This document shows positions 14,013-25,017 of a stretch of DNA of 64,000 bases, in pieces. Every line of letters begins with the position of its first letter. Position 1 is the first letter of the stretch. The stretch is taken from contig NC_043003.1 of the NCBI RefSeq assembly GCF_006345805.1, positions 87,048,001 to 87,112,000 on the forward strand, in the 5' to 3' direction. This stretch comes from Octopus sinensis. Its lineage: Eukaryota. The position numbers and the translations under genes are program-made. The notes under the pieces were generated by a model, which worked only from the letters and a program-made list of their open reading frames with translations, did not search any database and was not told the origin of the DNA.

Positions 14013-15370
14013 GTATGTGTGTATGTGTGTGTATGTATGTGTGAGTGTGCATGTATGTATATACCTTTGCCTGTTTATGTAACGGTCTGCTATGTAGAAA
14101 TGAGGTTGACTCAATGGAAATGCATACATACACACACACATACATACACACACATACACACATACATACACACACATACATACACATACATACACACACA
14201 CACATACATAGATGCAGACCTATGTTAAAAGTGCTGGCAAGTTTGCATGACAACTATTTTTTTTCCTCAAATGAAAGGCGTAACCTCTAGGACAAAATTC
14301 CTCATCTTATAAAATGTGGCCCCAGTACACCCGAATGAAATCGCGTTATATTAACCAAAATGTGAAAAGGGGTATAAATGGGGCTGGAAGGGGATTAAAA
14401 TTTAAAGGAGCGGGTGTTTAGGAATTCTCTGTTACATCAAGCTAAAAAATTTGCGCCAGCCTTTTAATCGTCAATGTGTTGCCGTCCATGATGGAGAAGT
14501 TTTGAATGCTTGCCATGGTGAGTCTACTGTTGTGAAAAAGAATCACTTCAAAACTTGGTGTTTAGGGATTTTCTTTTACATCAAGTTCAAAATTTTACGC
14601 CAGCCGTTAAACTATCAAAACGTTGCTGTCCGTCGTTAAGAAATGCCAGCCATGCTGACTCTACTACCCTCAGATTCTATCCCTTCAAACTTTGGTTTCC
14701 AATATTTTATTATTTTTATTCAGCTCGTAAGTTCGTCTGTCCCTTTTAAATGTTAGCGTTTTGCTGTCTGCCTTGAAGCAGACCTTTCCGTTGTTACTGC
14801 CTGATATTTATGATTGATCTTTCTAAATATTTTATTTCTCAACTTACTCAAGATATTTTGTTGTTTATAAATGGGAGAGAGATAGATAAAGATAGAGAGT
14901 AAGAGAAAGCGAGGGAAAGTCCGAGAGAAAGGAAGAGTAAGAGAGTGGGGAAAGTGAGAGAGAAAGGAGAGAGAAACAAAGAGGGAAAATCATCATCATC
15001 ATCATCATCGTTTAACGTCCGTTTTCCGTGCTAGCACGGGTTGGACAGTTTGACCGGGGTCTGGGAAGCCAGGAGGCTGCACCAGGCTCCAGTCTGATCT
15101 GGCAGTGTTTCTACAGGTGGATGCCCTTCCTAACGCCAACCACTCTGTGAGCGTAGTGGGTGCATTTTTCGTGCCGCCGGCACAGGTGCCAGGGGGGCTG
15201 GCAATGGCCACGATCGGTTGGTGCTTATTACGTGTCACTGGCACAGAAGCCAGTCAAGGCGGCGCTGCAATCCGCCCCGTTCGGATGGTACTTTTAACGT
15301 GCTGAAAGGAAGCAACAGAAAGTAACAACCACACTCTTACCCGCGCGTAGAGCGGGTCACCTTCAGCTAG
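13378..15370 (+). mobile_element. Longer composite non-autonomous Helitron-like element with nested repeats
   Basis: 5' TCTTTATATATAAAACTG; 3' hairpin ACCCGC-GCGTAGA-GCGGGT followed by CTAG. Another Helitron-like 5' end starts at ~15371. Confidence 0.5.
14990..15305 (-). mobile_element. Retroposon 3' part with (GAT)n tail (RTE-associated SINE/LINE-like)
   Basis: Minus strand GGTTGGCGTTAGGAAGGGCATCCA...GGACGTTAAACGATGATGATG; the short-repeat tail is typical of RTE-mobilised elements. Confidence 0.55.
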
Positions 15371-15679
15371 TATATATATAAAACTGAGAATGTGTTTTTG
15401 TCTGTATGTGTGCATCACTAAAACTCGAGAACTACCCGACCGATTACACTCAAATTTTACACATGCCTCACTTAGGGTCCTGCCTAATGCGAGCCCTGAG
15501 AGATCTCTTACCTCTTATGCTATTTCAGTATTATGTGTCAAAAGTGAAACCATAATATCTCTATTGTAATGTGAGATACTTTCAATTTCATAGTTTCACT
15601 ATTAATACTGAAACTATTCTCACATATATACATGCGTACATACATACATACATACACAAATACACACACACAGACGCAC

Positions 15680-15742
<63 letters not shown>

Positions 15743-15887
15743 ATATATAGAGGGCATTATACATACATGCCAGAAGGCATTATACATACAAGCCACACGC
15801 TAAGAGGGACAATTAGTCATTTCTACCAAAAATATTACTAATCCCACCGAATGCAATTTTTCAAAGTAAGACATTTAAAAAATATAT

Positions 15888-15935
15888 AGACCTGTATCAC
15901 AGTGATTTCATACTTACGTATTCATCAGCAGGCCT
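15888..15935 (-). ncRNA. Type I hammerhead ribozyme
   Basis: Exact reverse complement of 16336-16383. Confidence 0.8.
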
Positions 15936-16335
15936 GAATGTATTATAAATAAACAACGACCCTGCCCCGCTTAAGCCGATCAGCTAACTGATCAACATCA
16001 ACGAAGCACATGGGTGAGTTTACATATATTACATCCGGTTAAATGGCAAACTTTACGAATTGCATTTCGGGAGAGGAAAAGTTTTTTCGGAATAAAAATT
16101 TAGCAATTAAGGACAACTACTTAATAAGGAAAACTTAACAAGAAATTGTCAGGCAGATAGCGTGAAAACCTCATAAGAGAAAATATTTCGAAAATAATTA
16201 TTTCTTATTGAACATATTAATTTATATATAGAGGGCATTATACATACATGCCAGAAGGCATTATACATACAAGCCACACGCTAAGAGGGACAATTGAGGG
16301 TCCTAAGAGGGTCGTTGTTTATTTATAATACATTC

Positions 16336-16383
16336 AGGCCTGCTGATGAATACGTAAGTATGAAATCACTGTGATACAGGTCT
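16336..16383 (+). ncRNA. Type I hammerhead ribozyme
   Basis: AGGCCUG-CUGAUGA-AUAC(GUAA)GUAU-GAAA-UCAC(U)GUGA-UA-CAGGUCU: 7-bp stem I, canonical core, GNRA-capped stem II, AUA cleavage triplet. Confidence 0.85.
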
Positions 16384-16648
16384 ATATATTTTTTAAATGT
16401 CTTACTTTGAAAAATTGCATTCGGTGGGATTAGTAATATTTTTGGTAGAAATGACTAATTGTCCCTCTTAGCGTGTGGCTTGTATGTATAATGCCTTCTG
16501 GCATGTATGCATAATGCCCTCTATATATAAATTAATATGTTCAATAAGAAATAATTATTTTCGAAATTTTTTCTCTTATGAGGTTTTCACGCTATCTGCC
16601 TGACAATTTCTTGTTAAGTTTTCCTTATTAAGTAGTTGTCCTTAATTG

Positions 16649-16715
<67 letters not shown>

Positions 16716-16755
16716 TGTATATATGTGTATATACAGCTGCACATAAAGTATATAT

Positions 16756-16793
<38 letters not shown>

Positions 16794-16797
<4 letters not shown>

Positions 16798-16892
16798 ATC
16801 CAAACATGAAAACACAAAGAGAAAACAACGCGAGGACGTGGAACAAGTATAGTATTATTGGACGCTCAGGAAGGAAGGGAAGAAGGAGGGGT
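16794..16892 (-). mobile_element. Short terminal fragment of the PLE-like repeat seen at 42230-42436 and 47860-48070
   Basis: GTTAATCCAAACATGAAAACACAAAGAGAAAAC...GGACGCTCAGG is shared with those copies; embedded in (TA)n. Confidence 0.65.
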
Positions 16893-17039
16893 TATATATA
16901 TATATATATATATAAGGGCAAAAGAAAAAGAAAATAAGGGCAAATAAGTTATTTATAAATTTAACCTTTAAAGGTATTTTTTGATATGCTGGCCATTGAT
17001 AATTTTTTTTTTTCGAAAAAAAAGTTTTATCCTACATAA

Positions 17040-17094
<55 letters not shown>

Positions 17095-17153
17095 CATATA
17101 CACATATATATATATATATATATAGATATATATATATATAGATAGATAGATAT

Positions 17154-17231
<78 letters not shown>

Positions 17232-17280
17232 GTACATGTACACATGTATATGTATAGATGTATATTTATATATACATATA

Positions 17281-17353
<73 letters not shown>

Positions 17354-18179
17354 TCCTGATTCACCTTCTGTTTCTACTGGTGGTTTTGTTACTTGTTTCT
17401 CTTGCTTGTTCTTCTGAAATCAATATTTTATAAATTGACAACTTTTCTATAGTGTCGTAATTATAACCAATATATTCCCCCCTTATGATATTGGCAGTTA
17501 TTGGTGTAACTCTGTTAATTGGCTCTTTTGTTTTCGTACGTCCTAAACGTATTTAAATTGTGGATTTCTTATCGAGTTGCTATGCCTGTCTCCCACTGTC
17601 TTCTGGTGCGCTGTTCCAGAGTCAGTCTAAGTTTTGTGCTTCAGTTTTGTCGTTTGACTGTTGTGGGATAGGAATTCTTGTTGAAGGGTTGGGTTGTCGG
17701 ATGGATGCGACTCTTATCGTGCGACTTATCACTTGGATTGGAAAATGGGTTGTGAAGAGGGGTGGTGTCATATCGGTACCTATTCTCTATCCTATCATTT
17801 CCCTAGTTGCTGTCTCTTTGGTTGTCTGTTGTTGGTGGTGGTCTGTGTTGGCTTGTATGTTTTCATGGTTGCTGTCATTGCTATCCCAATTATTATCGTT
17901 ATTCTTATAGTTGTGATTGTGGTTGTCGGTCTTGTTCCTGGTGGTTTTCTCATTGTGTGTGCGGATATCGTTATTCGTGTTGCTGTTGTCTTTGTCACAC
18001 CAGCTAGTGGTGGTGGTGTTATCGCTGGTTCAAGTGTTGAGGTTTGTGGTCTTTGTGTCTTTCGTTGTGTTGACCTCTCCGTTCTCATTTTTACTGCTGC
18101 TGCTGCTACTCTGGGCACTTAGTTTTGCATGCTTGTCTTTGTGTTCGTTCTTTGGTGTCGTTGTTGTTGCCGTTGCTGT

Positions 18180-18571
18180 TGGTTTGTTTGTTTGTTGAGC
18201 AAAGCGGTCTTCGTCCCAGAGCTCGCAAGCTGTAGTGGGAGAAGTCCGAAACATGGTCCTTTGCTATTCGTAAGACCCGCAGAAGAGAAAGCAGGTCAAC
18301 CCCCGACACCGAGGGCATCGACGGGATGGATGAATGCGCATCCAGGCTCAGCGGTTGCGTAGGAAGTCGGGGACAAGAGACAGGGAGAAAGAGTGAGAGA
18401 AAGTTGGAGCGAAAGAGTACAACAGGGGTCGCCACCCACCCCCCTGCCGGAGCCTCGTGGAGCTTTAGGTGTTTTCGCTCAATAAACACACAACGCCCGG
18501 TCTGGGAATCGAAACCACGATCCTCCGACCGCGAGTCCGCTTCCCTAACCATTGGGCCATTGTGCCTCCAC
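18180..18571 (-). mobile_element. SINE family A, full length with 13-bp TSD
   Basis: tRNA-like head at the 18570 end and (AAAC)n tail; TSD TTGCCGTTGCTGT at 18167-18179 and 18572-18584. Confidence 0.85.
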
Positions 18572-19047
18572 TTGCCGTTGCTGTCGTTCTTAGTGGTGCC
18601 AATGTTTGGTATGTTGACCCTCGCCTACATTTTCTTTTCTGTTGCTGCTGCTGCTGTTCTTGACCCTTACTTTAATACTGTTCTTGTATCTTTGTGTGTT
18701 CGTTTGTGGTTTTGCCATCGTGACTATGTTTGTTGGTTTGCACCATAACAGTAACTTCACAAACTGCTGCAACAGCATGAACAACATCATGTAGGAGAAA
18801 ATATGGGTGATGTGGGGGGTCGGCATGTCGGGTATTGGTGCCATTGGGAGCGATGGTGGCGACGGCGATACTGTGGGGGGAGGGGACGAACACAAAATAC
18901 AGAACGACACAACGACGCAGTGAAAGAAATGAGGACGGAGAGAAGGCCAACGGGACGAGGGATGCAGGGACCACGGGCCCCAACACTGGAACCAGCGATA
19001 ACACCGCCAGCAGCTGGAGTGACGAGGACAGCAGTGACATTAATAGC

Positions 19048-19464
19048 TATTTCTTTACTACCCACAAGGGGCTAAGCACAGATGGGACAAACAAGGACAG
19101 ACATAGGTATTAAGTCGATTACATCGACCCCAGTGCGTAACTGGTACTTAATTTATCGACCCCGAAAGGATGAAAGGCAAAGTTAACCTCGGCGGAATTT
19201 GAACTCAGAACGTAACAGCAGACGAAATACCTATTTCTTTATTACCCACAAGGGGCTAAACATAGAGGGGACAAACAAGGACAGACATAGGTATTAAGTC
19301 GATTACATCGACCCCAGTGCGTAACTGGTACTTAATTTATCGACCCCGAAAGGATGAAAGGCAAAGTTAACCTCGGCGGAATTTGAACTCAGAACGTAAC
19401 GGCAGACGAAATACCACTAAGCATTTCGCCCGGCGTGCTATCGTTTCTGCCAGCTCGCCGCCTT
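19048..19464 (-). mobile_element. SINE family B dimer (head plus two bodies) with 14-bp TSD
   Basis: Two ~184-bp bodies in tandem; TSD GTGACATTAATAGC at 19034-19047 and 19465-19478. Confidence 0.9.
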
Positions 19465-20114
19465 GTGACATTAATAGCGACGGCCACACCTGCAATGAGA
19501 GAAGCTGGTGGGGGCAGGACTAGTAGCAGTGATCGTGACTATAACAGTAGGGATGATAATGACAGCAACATCGAAAAACAACGGTGAGGGCATACAGGCC
19601 AGCACGTTACTGACAACAATAATACATATGGAGACACCGACGCCACAAGCAACAGGCAGCCGGGGAGGTGGTGGCTGGGGAAGTGATGAAATAGAAAATA
19701 GTACAACAGATATAAATGACACTAATCTGCTTCACATCCTGTTTTTTTCAATCAATGTGATATGTCGTGCGATATGAATCGTATTTATCCGACAATTCTT
19801 TATCAACAAAAGAATTTGTATCTCACATCAGGCAGACGACGACGTGGAGGCGCACTTCACCATAGCTGGTAGAAGACTTGGACTGATTTTGGAGCGGTGC
19901 ATTGGGGGACAGTGGGAGGTGGGCACAGAAACTCGATAAGAGATCCGCAAGTGGCCTGCATTATTTAAATTGTATAAATATTCAACTCGTCATTTATCTG
20001 TTGAAAGGTTTCGGCGGGTGGGGATGGGGTGGAATATTCTGGAAACGCTACGATCACTTTAGTCGCATCAAAAACTCATAGCAATTGGTTTTTTTTAAAC
20101 GAGGACCACTGCTG

Positions 20115-21200
20115 ATTCTTTATTCACAAAGGGACTAAACAAAGAGGGGACTGCACAGGACATTACAAAGTGGGGTAAAATCGAATGAAAAATGAATGAT
20201 TATATAAGGTAAAAGATGAAATGACGGTTACCGGGCCCCACGACCCAGGCAACATCATTGAACATTTTTTACAATGTACATAAATTTTCAAAGTTATTTT
20301 TACTTTGCTTGAAGTTACTACAGTTTTTATCATTTCTTTTCATTTTTTGAGAATTTATTTCTCTCTGCAGTTACTTGCTCTTGTGGGTTTGTGTATTCGT
20401 GATTTTTCACTCTTTTTGTTTATGGGAGGGAGAGAACTTTTCATTCACCATCACTTACCTCTGTAGACATTGATATTAATGGTGTGTCATCTTTTGTCGT
20501 GACCATTTCTCTCTCCGTCACCTCCTCCTGCTTCTCCCCTTGGACCTCCTCTTCACCTTTCCCTCTGCTACACACTGGCCCCCTCCCGACTTTCTCCCTG
20601 TGCTTCAGGTTGTAGGGCCTGGGGGGCACGTTTTACTTATGTGCCCCTTCTGTCTGCACCCGAATTCTGCCCTGAGCGGTGACTTTTAACTTCGTTTCAT
20701 CCGGAAGAATGACAAATTCCGGTATACCATCAATGTCTGCTGGTATGGCTTGAATCGTTGCTCTTAAGTCTCTGCCACACTAATTCTGAACACTTCTCTC
20801 CTCAAACTCCCAAAGTGTCACCTCCTTTGTTGGCGAAGGCGGCTGCCAGGAGCCATATCGGTTTAATTGCCGATGCGAACCCTTCTATCGTTATTTTTGT
20901 TCTTTTACCGAGGTATGTCGGCAAAAGAGTCAGTCCTTTAGTCTGCAGGGTGATTGCTAAGTAAACCCTGGCATCATTCTCAGCTATAAACTGAGCTTCA
21001 CCGTACCATATTTCCTTCCACGTCTCACAGATGCCAGTTTGTACATAATAGGCTCCAATGCTTTCTATCTCTTCTATGGACGTTATCTCTATTTTTTTAG
21101 TCTTCAGCGACAGCGTCCTGTAGATCACCGGTTTGCTCTTCATTTCCTCCATTACCTCTTTGGAGGGAGTAACTTTACGTTAGCTCTCTCCCCGCGAAAA
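20115..21200 (-). mobile_element. Decayed gag/ORF1-like (Tx1/L1-type) element apparently lacking ORF2
   Basis: ORF 20802-21152 continues through frameshifts into a degenerate zinc knuckle (CRQKGHISKTCP-like, ~20625-20660) and an acidic tail. A 3' end CCCTCTTTGTTTAGTCCCTTTGTGAATAAAGAAT follows within ~300 bp. Confidence 0.55.
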
Positions 21201-21556
21201 ATTGTTTGAAAATCCGCCCAGGGCTGTTAAACGGAAAATTCTATTTTACAAAGCTATTTTTTGGCTTAAATAACTTCCCAGCAGTAAAACGAGTTTTGGT
21301 ATCACCACAATGGCTAGCATCTACATTTTTATTGCCAACAAAATCTATGATTGAAATCGGAGGCATTTGCAATTTCACAGAGGGTATTTTCCTCCCTTTG
21401 AGTGCCCTAATCGCAATGGAAAGGAAATTTTATGTAGCTCATCATCTTTCTCGTAAAATTTTACATGAGAATACATTGTTTTTATGTATCTTTTATTCCC
21501 TTTCGTCCTATTGATGTACAGACACAAAAAACTCAGACGTTGAGCTTTATTATATA

Positions 21557-21559
<3 letters not shown>
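21200..21559 (-). mobile_element. Helitron-like 5' fragment
   Basis: Minus strand starts TCTTATATAATAAAGCTCAACGTCTGAG, like the other TC-TATA Helitron starts in the window. Confidence 0.4.
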
Positions 21560-21637
<78 letters not shown>

Positions 21638-22573
21638 CAGACTAGAAACTAGACGGAAACTTAATGGACAGGAAATATAGACAAAGACACGATATACGGA
21701 ATATACGCAACCGAGTTTTCCTCGTCAGTCAAAAAGTCAAAATATCATAGTGATTTCACGCCATTATCATTGAGACCACTCAATCTTGGAGGTGCAAGTG
21801 CTGTTATCAAGCTACTGGGGAAAAGCTACTCAATGCACACTTAGAAACAAACAGGACATTATATAAATACAACAGACGAAGAATTATGCATATATAACAG
21901 CAGCTTATATACAACAGAAGAATATATATATATACAACAGAAGAAATAATAATAATTATTAAACAAATACTACAAATACAACAGAAAGAGCTTTACAGCT
22001 ATCGCACGAACTTAGTGGGGTTGCGCAAGGTGAAATTGATTAAGTCCTAATGGACGTAGCAGGAACCTAGACCAGCATGACCAGTCTGGTGTCAAAGGTA
22101 GGGAGAAAACGAACAATACCGCCTTCACCAGACACCGGTCACGTGGTAGGGAAGAGGAAGTATAGAGGGAAGGAAAGAATGGGATACAGTGAGAGAGAGG
22201 GAGAGAGAGAGAGGGGGAGAGAACGAAGGAGCAAAGGGAGTGGAGAAACAGAGTGAAAAAGAGAGAAGAGAAGGGTACAAGGGAAGCAAGCAAGGGTGGA
22301 AAGAGAGGGTAAGAGTGGAGAAAAAGATGGAGTAAGAGTAGAGGTGGAAAGAGATGGAGTAAGAGGGGAAGAGAGGGACAGAAAGAGAGAGAACAGAAAG
22401 AAAGGGAGACAGAGAAAGAAGAAAAATGTACAAGGGAGGCAAACAAGAGCGGAAAGAGAGAGTAAGAGTGGAGAAAGAGATAGAGTAAGATTAAAGAGAG
22501 TTAAGAGTCGCACAATAAATATTCAAAGAATATTTTTTTTTTACAATAAAGTAAACAAGCAATAAAGTAAACA

Positions 22574-22792
22574 AGCAGCCGTTAGATGTATCAATTATTG
22601 GTCCTTTCAAGAAAGCCCTTCGTGCTGAATGGGAGAACTGGTTTTCAAATGGCAAAAAAGGAGTATACAAATAAAGGATATCGCAAAAAAACCTTCTTAT
22701 CAAGAGATAGTGAACTTTGTGACCCAAGCTGTTGCCACTTTAAATAAAGAAACTATAAAGCGTGCTTTTGAATGTTGTGGAATTGCTCCTCA
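22574..22792 (+). mobile_element. pogo/Tigger DDE transposase fragment
   Basis: QPLDVSIIGPFKKALRAEWENWF...KPSYQEIVNFVTQAVATLNKETIKRAFECCGI; QPLD and F..CGI are motifs of the DDE_1 family. Confidence 0.8.
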
Positions 22793-23100
22793 TGGACAGG
22801 TGTGCGTTGCGTGCGCTACATGGATGTATCAAGGGTTGAAGAGATAGAACACAAGGAGAAAAAGTCAGGCGAAAGCAGAGAAAACGGGAAGCTAGACGAA
22901 AACTTAACGGACGGGAAATATAGACAGACACGATACACGGAATATTCGCAGCTGAGTCTTCGTAGTCAGATCAAAATATCATAGTGGTTTTGGCGCATTA
23001 TCATTGAGACCTCTCATATATGTATGTATGTATGTATGTATGTAGTATGTATGTATGTATGTATGTATGTATGTATGTATGTATGTATGTATGTATGTAT

Positions 23101-23652
23101 GTCAGGTCACTTTCGTGTGCTACTGGTAATATGTAACCCAGTACAACCTGTTGCATGGTCGGGTCGTCGGCGACTAAACCGGCAACCTCACCAAGCTTGC
23201 TTGGTGAGGAGGATGTTTATTGGATACCCAGCGGGATGAAAAACAAAACCCGTCAAAGGGCGGAGGAACTCTTGAGAGTCAACGGCCATCCAATAAATGT
23301 CTTAAGGCTGTATCATGCGCGGGGACATAGAAATAATCGGACTGAATACCCGATCGCGCGGTTAAACCATTGGGAGTGAAGGACTCCTAGCCATTGTTAG
23401 GGCATCCTTCTAGGAGAAGGTAACTCAGGTAACTGAGATAACTCCGACATAAAATCTGCGGCTCAGTGGTTACCGATGATGTTGACTTGTTCTTCTTTTC
23501 GGATTATGGCTGCTGTTGCATAGTGAGTGGGATTGACTCAGTGCACAGCCTTTCCTCACTTTAAAAAAATCTTCTTGCACAGGCATTGCACGATAACAAC
23601 ATTCATTAAGCTTCGTGCAATGGCCATACTCGATAACGAGTGAATAGCCACT
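23101..23652 (+). mobile_element. Probable LINE (RTE-like) 5' region inserted in (TATG)n
   Basis: GC-richer block bounded by TATG repeats, with GGAGAAGGTAACTC resembling RTE 5' UTRs; no ORF evidence. Confidence 0.35.
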
Positions 23653-23949
23653 ATGTATGTATGTATATTTCTTGAACATTTTAGAGATTGCATAAAAAGA
23701 GTTTCAAATATTAAGAAGCTCAAGATCTCGGGACATGAAAATTAAAATATCAAATCAAGCACAGAATAGAATGAGTTCAGAGGAAACAATGAAATATTTT
23801 TGTATTAACGAAGCAACGGTAAGAACAACTAAAAAGAACGAAAGCTAAACCAAAGCCTACATAATAGTTTCAAACTTTCACACAAAGCCAGCAATTTTAA
23901 CGGAGGGGTAAGTTGATTACATCGGTTCCATTGACTGACTTGACAGCAT

Positions 23950-24372
23950 TCACCCGGGGTGGGTTGAGCTGGCTTCATTCATCCTCAATGCTGCATCTCT
24001 CACAAACGCCAACCAGACCTGGCGATTTAAGGCTAACGACCGCGTGATCTCCAACCACTCCTTATTCCAGCGGCGAACGCTGTAGATACGGGGGCCTAGA
24101 TTGGGTTCCAGATCAGCCTTGACTGTCATCGGCCAGGTTTTTCGTTGTCCACCACATCGCTTTCGCCAAACCCTGAAGGGGAACTGGGGCAATTGCTTCG
24201 TAGATGAATTCTCCTGGTTGACGACGGAGGGCATGGCCCAGCCAACGCAGACGTCTCGTTAGGATGACTTGACGGAGGGAGGTGATTCTGCACTGGTGTC
24301 GCACCGAATTGTTGGAGACAAAGTGATGCCATCGGACACGAAGGATGCGGCGTAGATAGAGGTGATCGAAGG
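23950..24372 (-). mobile_element. RTE-clade LINE 3' fragment
   Basis: FDHLYLRRILRVRW..VSNNSVR...RRLRWLGHALRR...GGQRKTW is typical of the RTE ORF C-terminus. Confidence 0.85.
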
Positions 24373-25017
24373 TTCCATTGTTCACCTGGTACTTATTTTA
24401 CTGATCCCGAAAAAATGAAATGTAAAGTTGAACACGATAGAATTTGAACTCATAATAGCCAGGTCTTCGGTAACATTAAAACACACATTATGCAAATGTG
24501 GATAGAGAATTACCTAAAGTATGTGTAATATAGTTTAAAACTCTAATATTACGGCGGCTAGCTTGGCAGAATCATTAACTCGTTAGGCAAAATATTAAGC
24601 GGCATTTCATCAGTCTTTAAGCTCTGAGTACAAATTCCGCTGAAGCCAACTTAGTCTTTCATCTTTTCGGGGTCGATAAAATAAGTACCAGCTGACCACT
24701 GGGATTGATGCAATCGACTAACCCCCTCCCCCGAAATTGCTGGCCTTGTACCAAAACTTCAAACCAATGTATTATATACATACATGGGCATACACACATC
24801 CTAAGTTCAAATTCCGTTGGGGTCAACTTTGCCTTTCACCCATCTGGAATCGATATAACCAGTCATGCAGTAGAGTCAATGGTGTCGACAAACGCCTTTC
24901 GCTTCAAAATTATTTATTTCTTGTCTACATCATAAACTATATTCTTTATCACTGTTCACGTATAAAACAAATTATTGTTTTAGTAAATGTCATTTTTTTC
25001 TTTTGCTTGAAATAGTG

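Larger units (their letters stand above)
15748..16650. mobile_element. Non-autonomous Penelope-like / retrozyme-like element: ~480-bp unit in partial tandem plus an inverted copy, flanked by (TA)n
   Basis: 15748-15813 repeats at 16230-16295 (period ~482). 16309-16650 is the reverse complement of 15748-15962 joined to ~16100-16230. Each orientation carries a hammerhead. Confidence 0.7.
17450..20065 (+). ncRNA. Candidate long G-U-rich hairpin RNA locus (arms ~17450-18660 and ~18765-20065, each interrupted by one SINE insertion)
   Basis: Hand alignment: 18577-18620 pairs with 18817-18860 (25 WC, 19 G-U, 0 mismatches); 17559-17634 pairs with 19874-19949 (57 WC, 17 G-U, 2 mismatches). Pairing is preserved only on the + strand. 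Expression is not shown. Confidence 0.65.

Noticed and set aside
17795-19777. Thr-rich mucin-like ORF pair sharing TLEPAITPP
   Set aside because: The similarity is a by-product of the inverted repeat. The frame shifts between copies, and the differences follow G-U pairing rather than codon position.
18900-19950. ADAR hyper-edited retrocopy as the cause of the A>G excess
   Set aside because: C>T differences are also common, and both classes resolve as G-U pairs; A-to-I editing alone cannot produce that.
21650-23012. Repeat pair (21650-21780 and 22890-23012) with GAAATCACTATGATA resembling the 16336 hammerhead stem III
   Set aside because: The CUGANGA core is absent in both copies.
23205-23295. 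HDV-like ribozyme in the putative RTE 5' region
   Set aside because: Some complementary segments exist (TATTGGAT/ATCCAATA), but I could not assemble the nested double pseudoknot.
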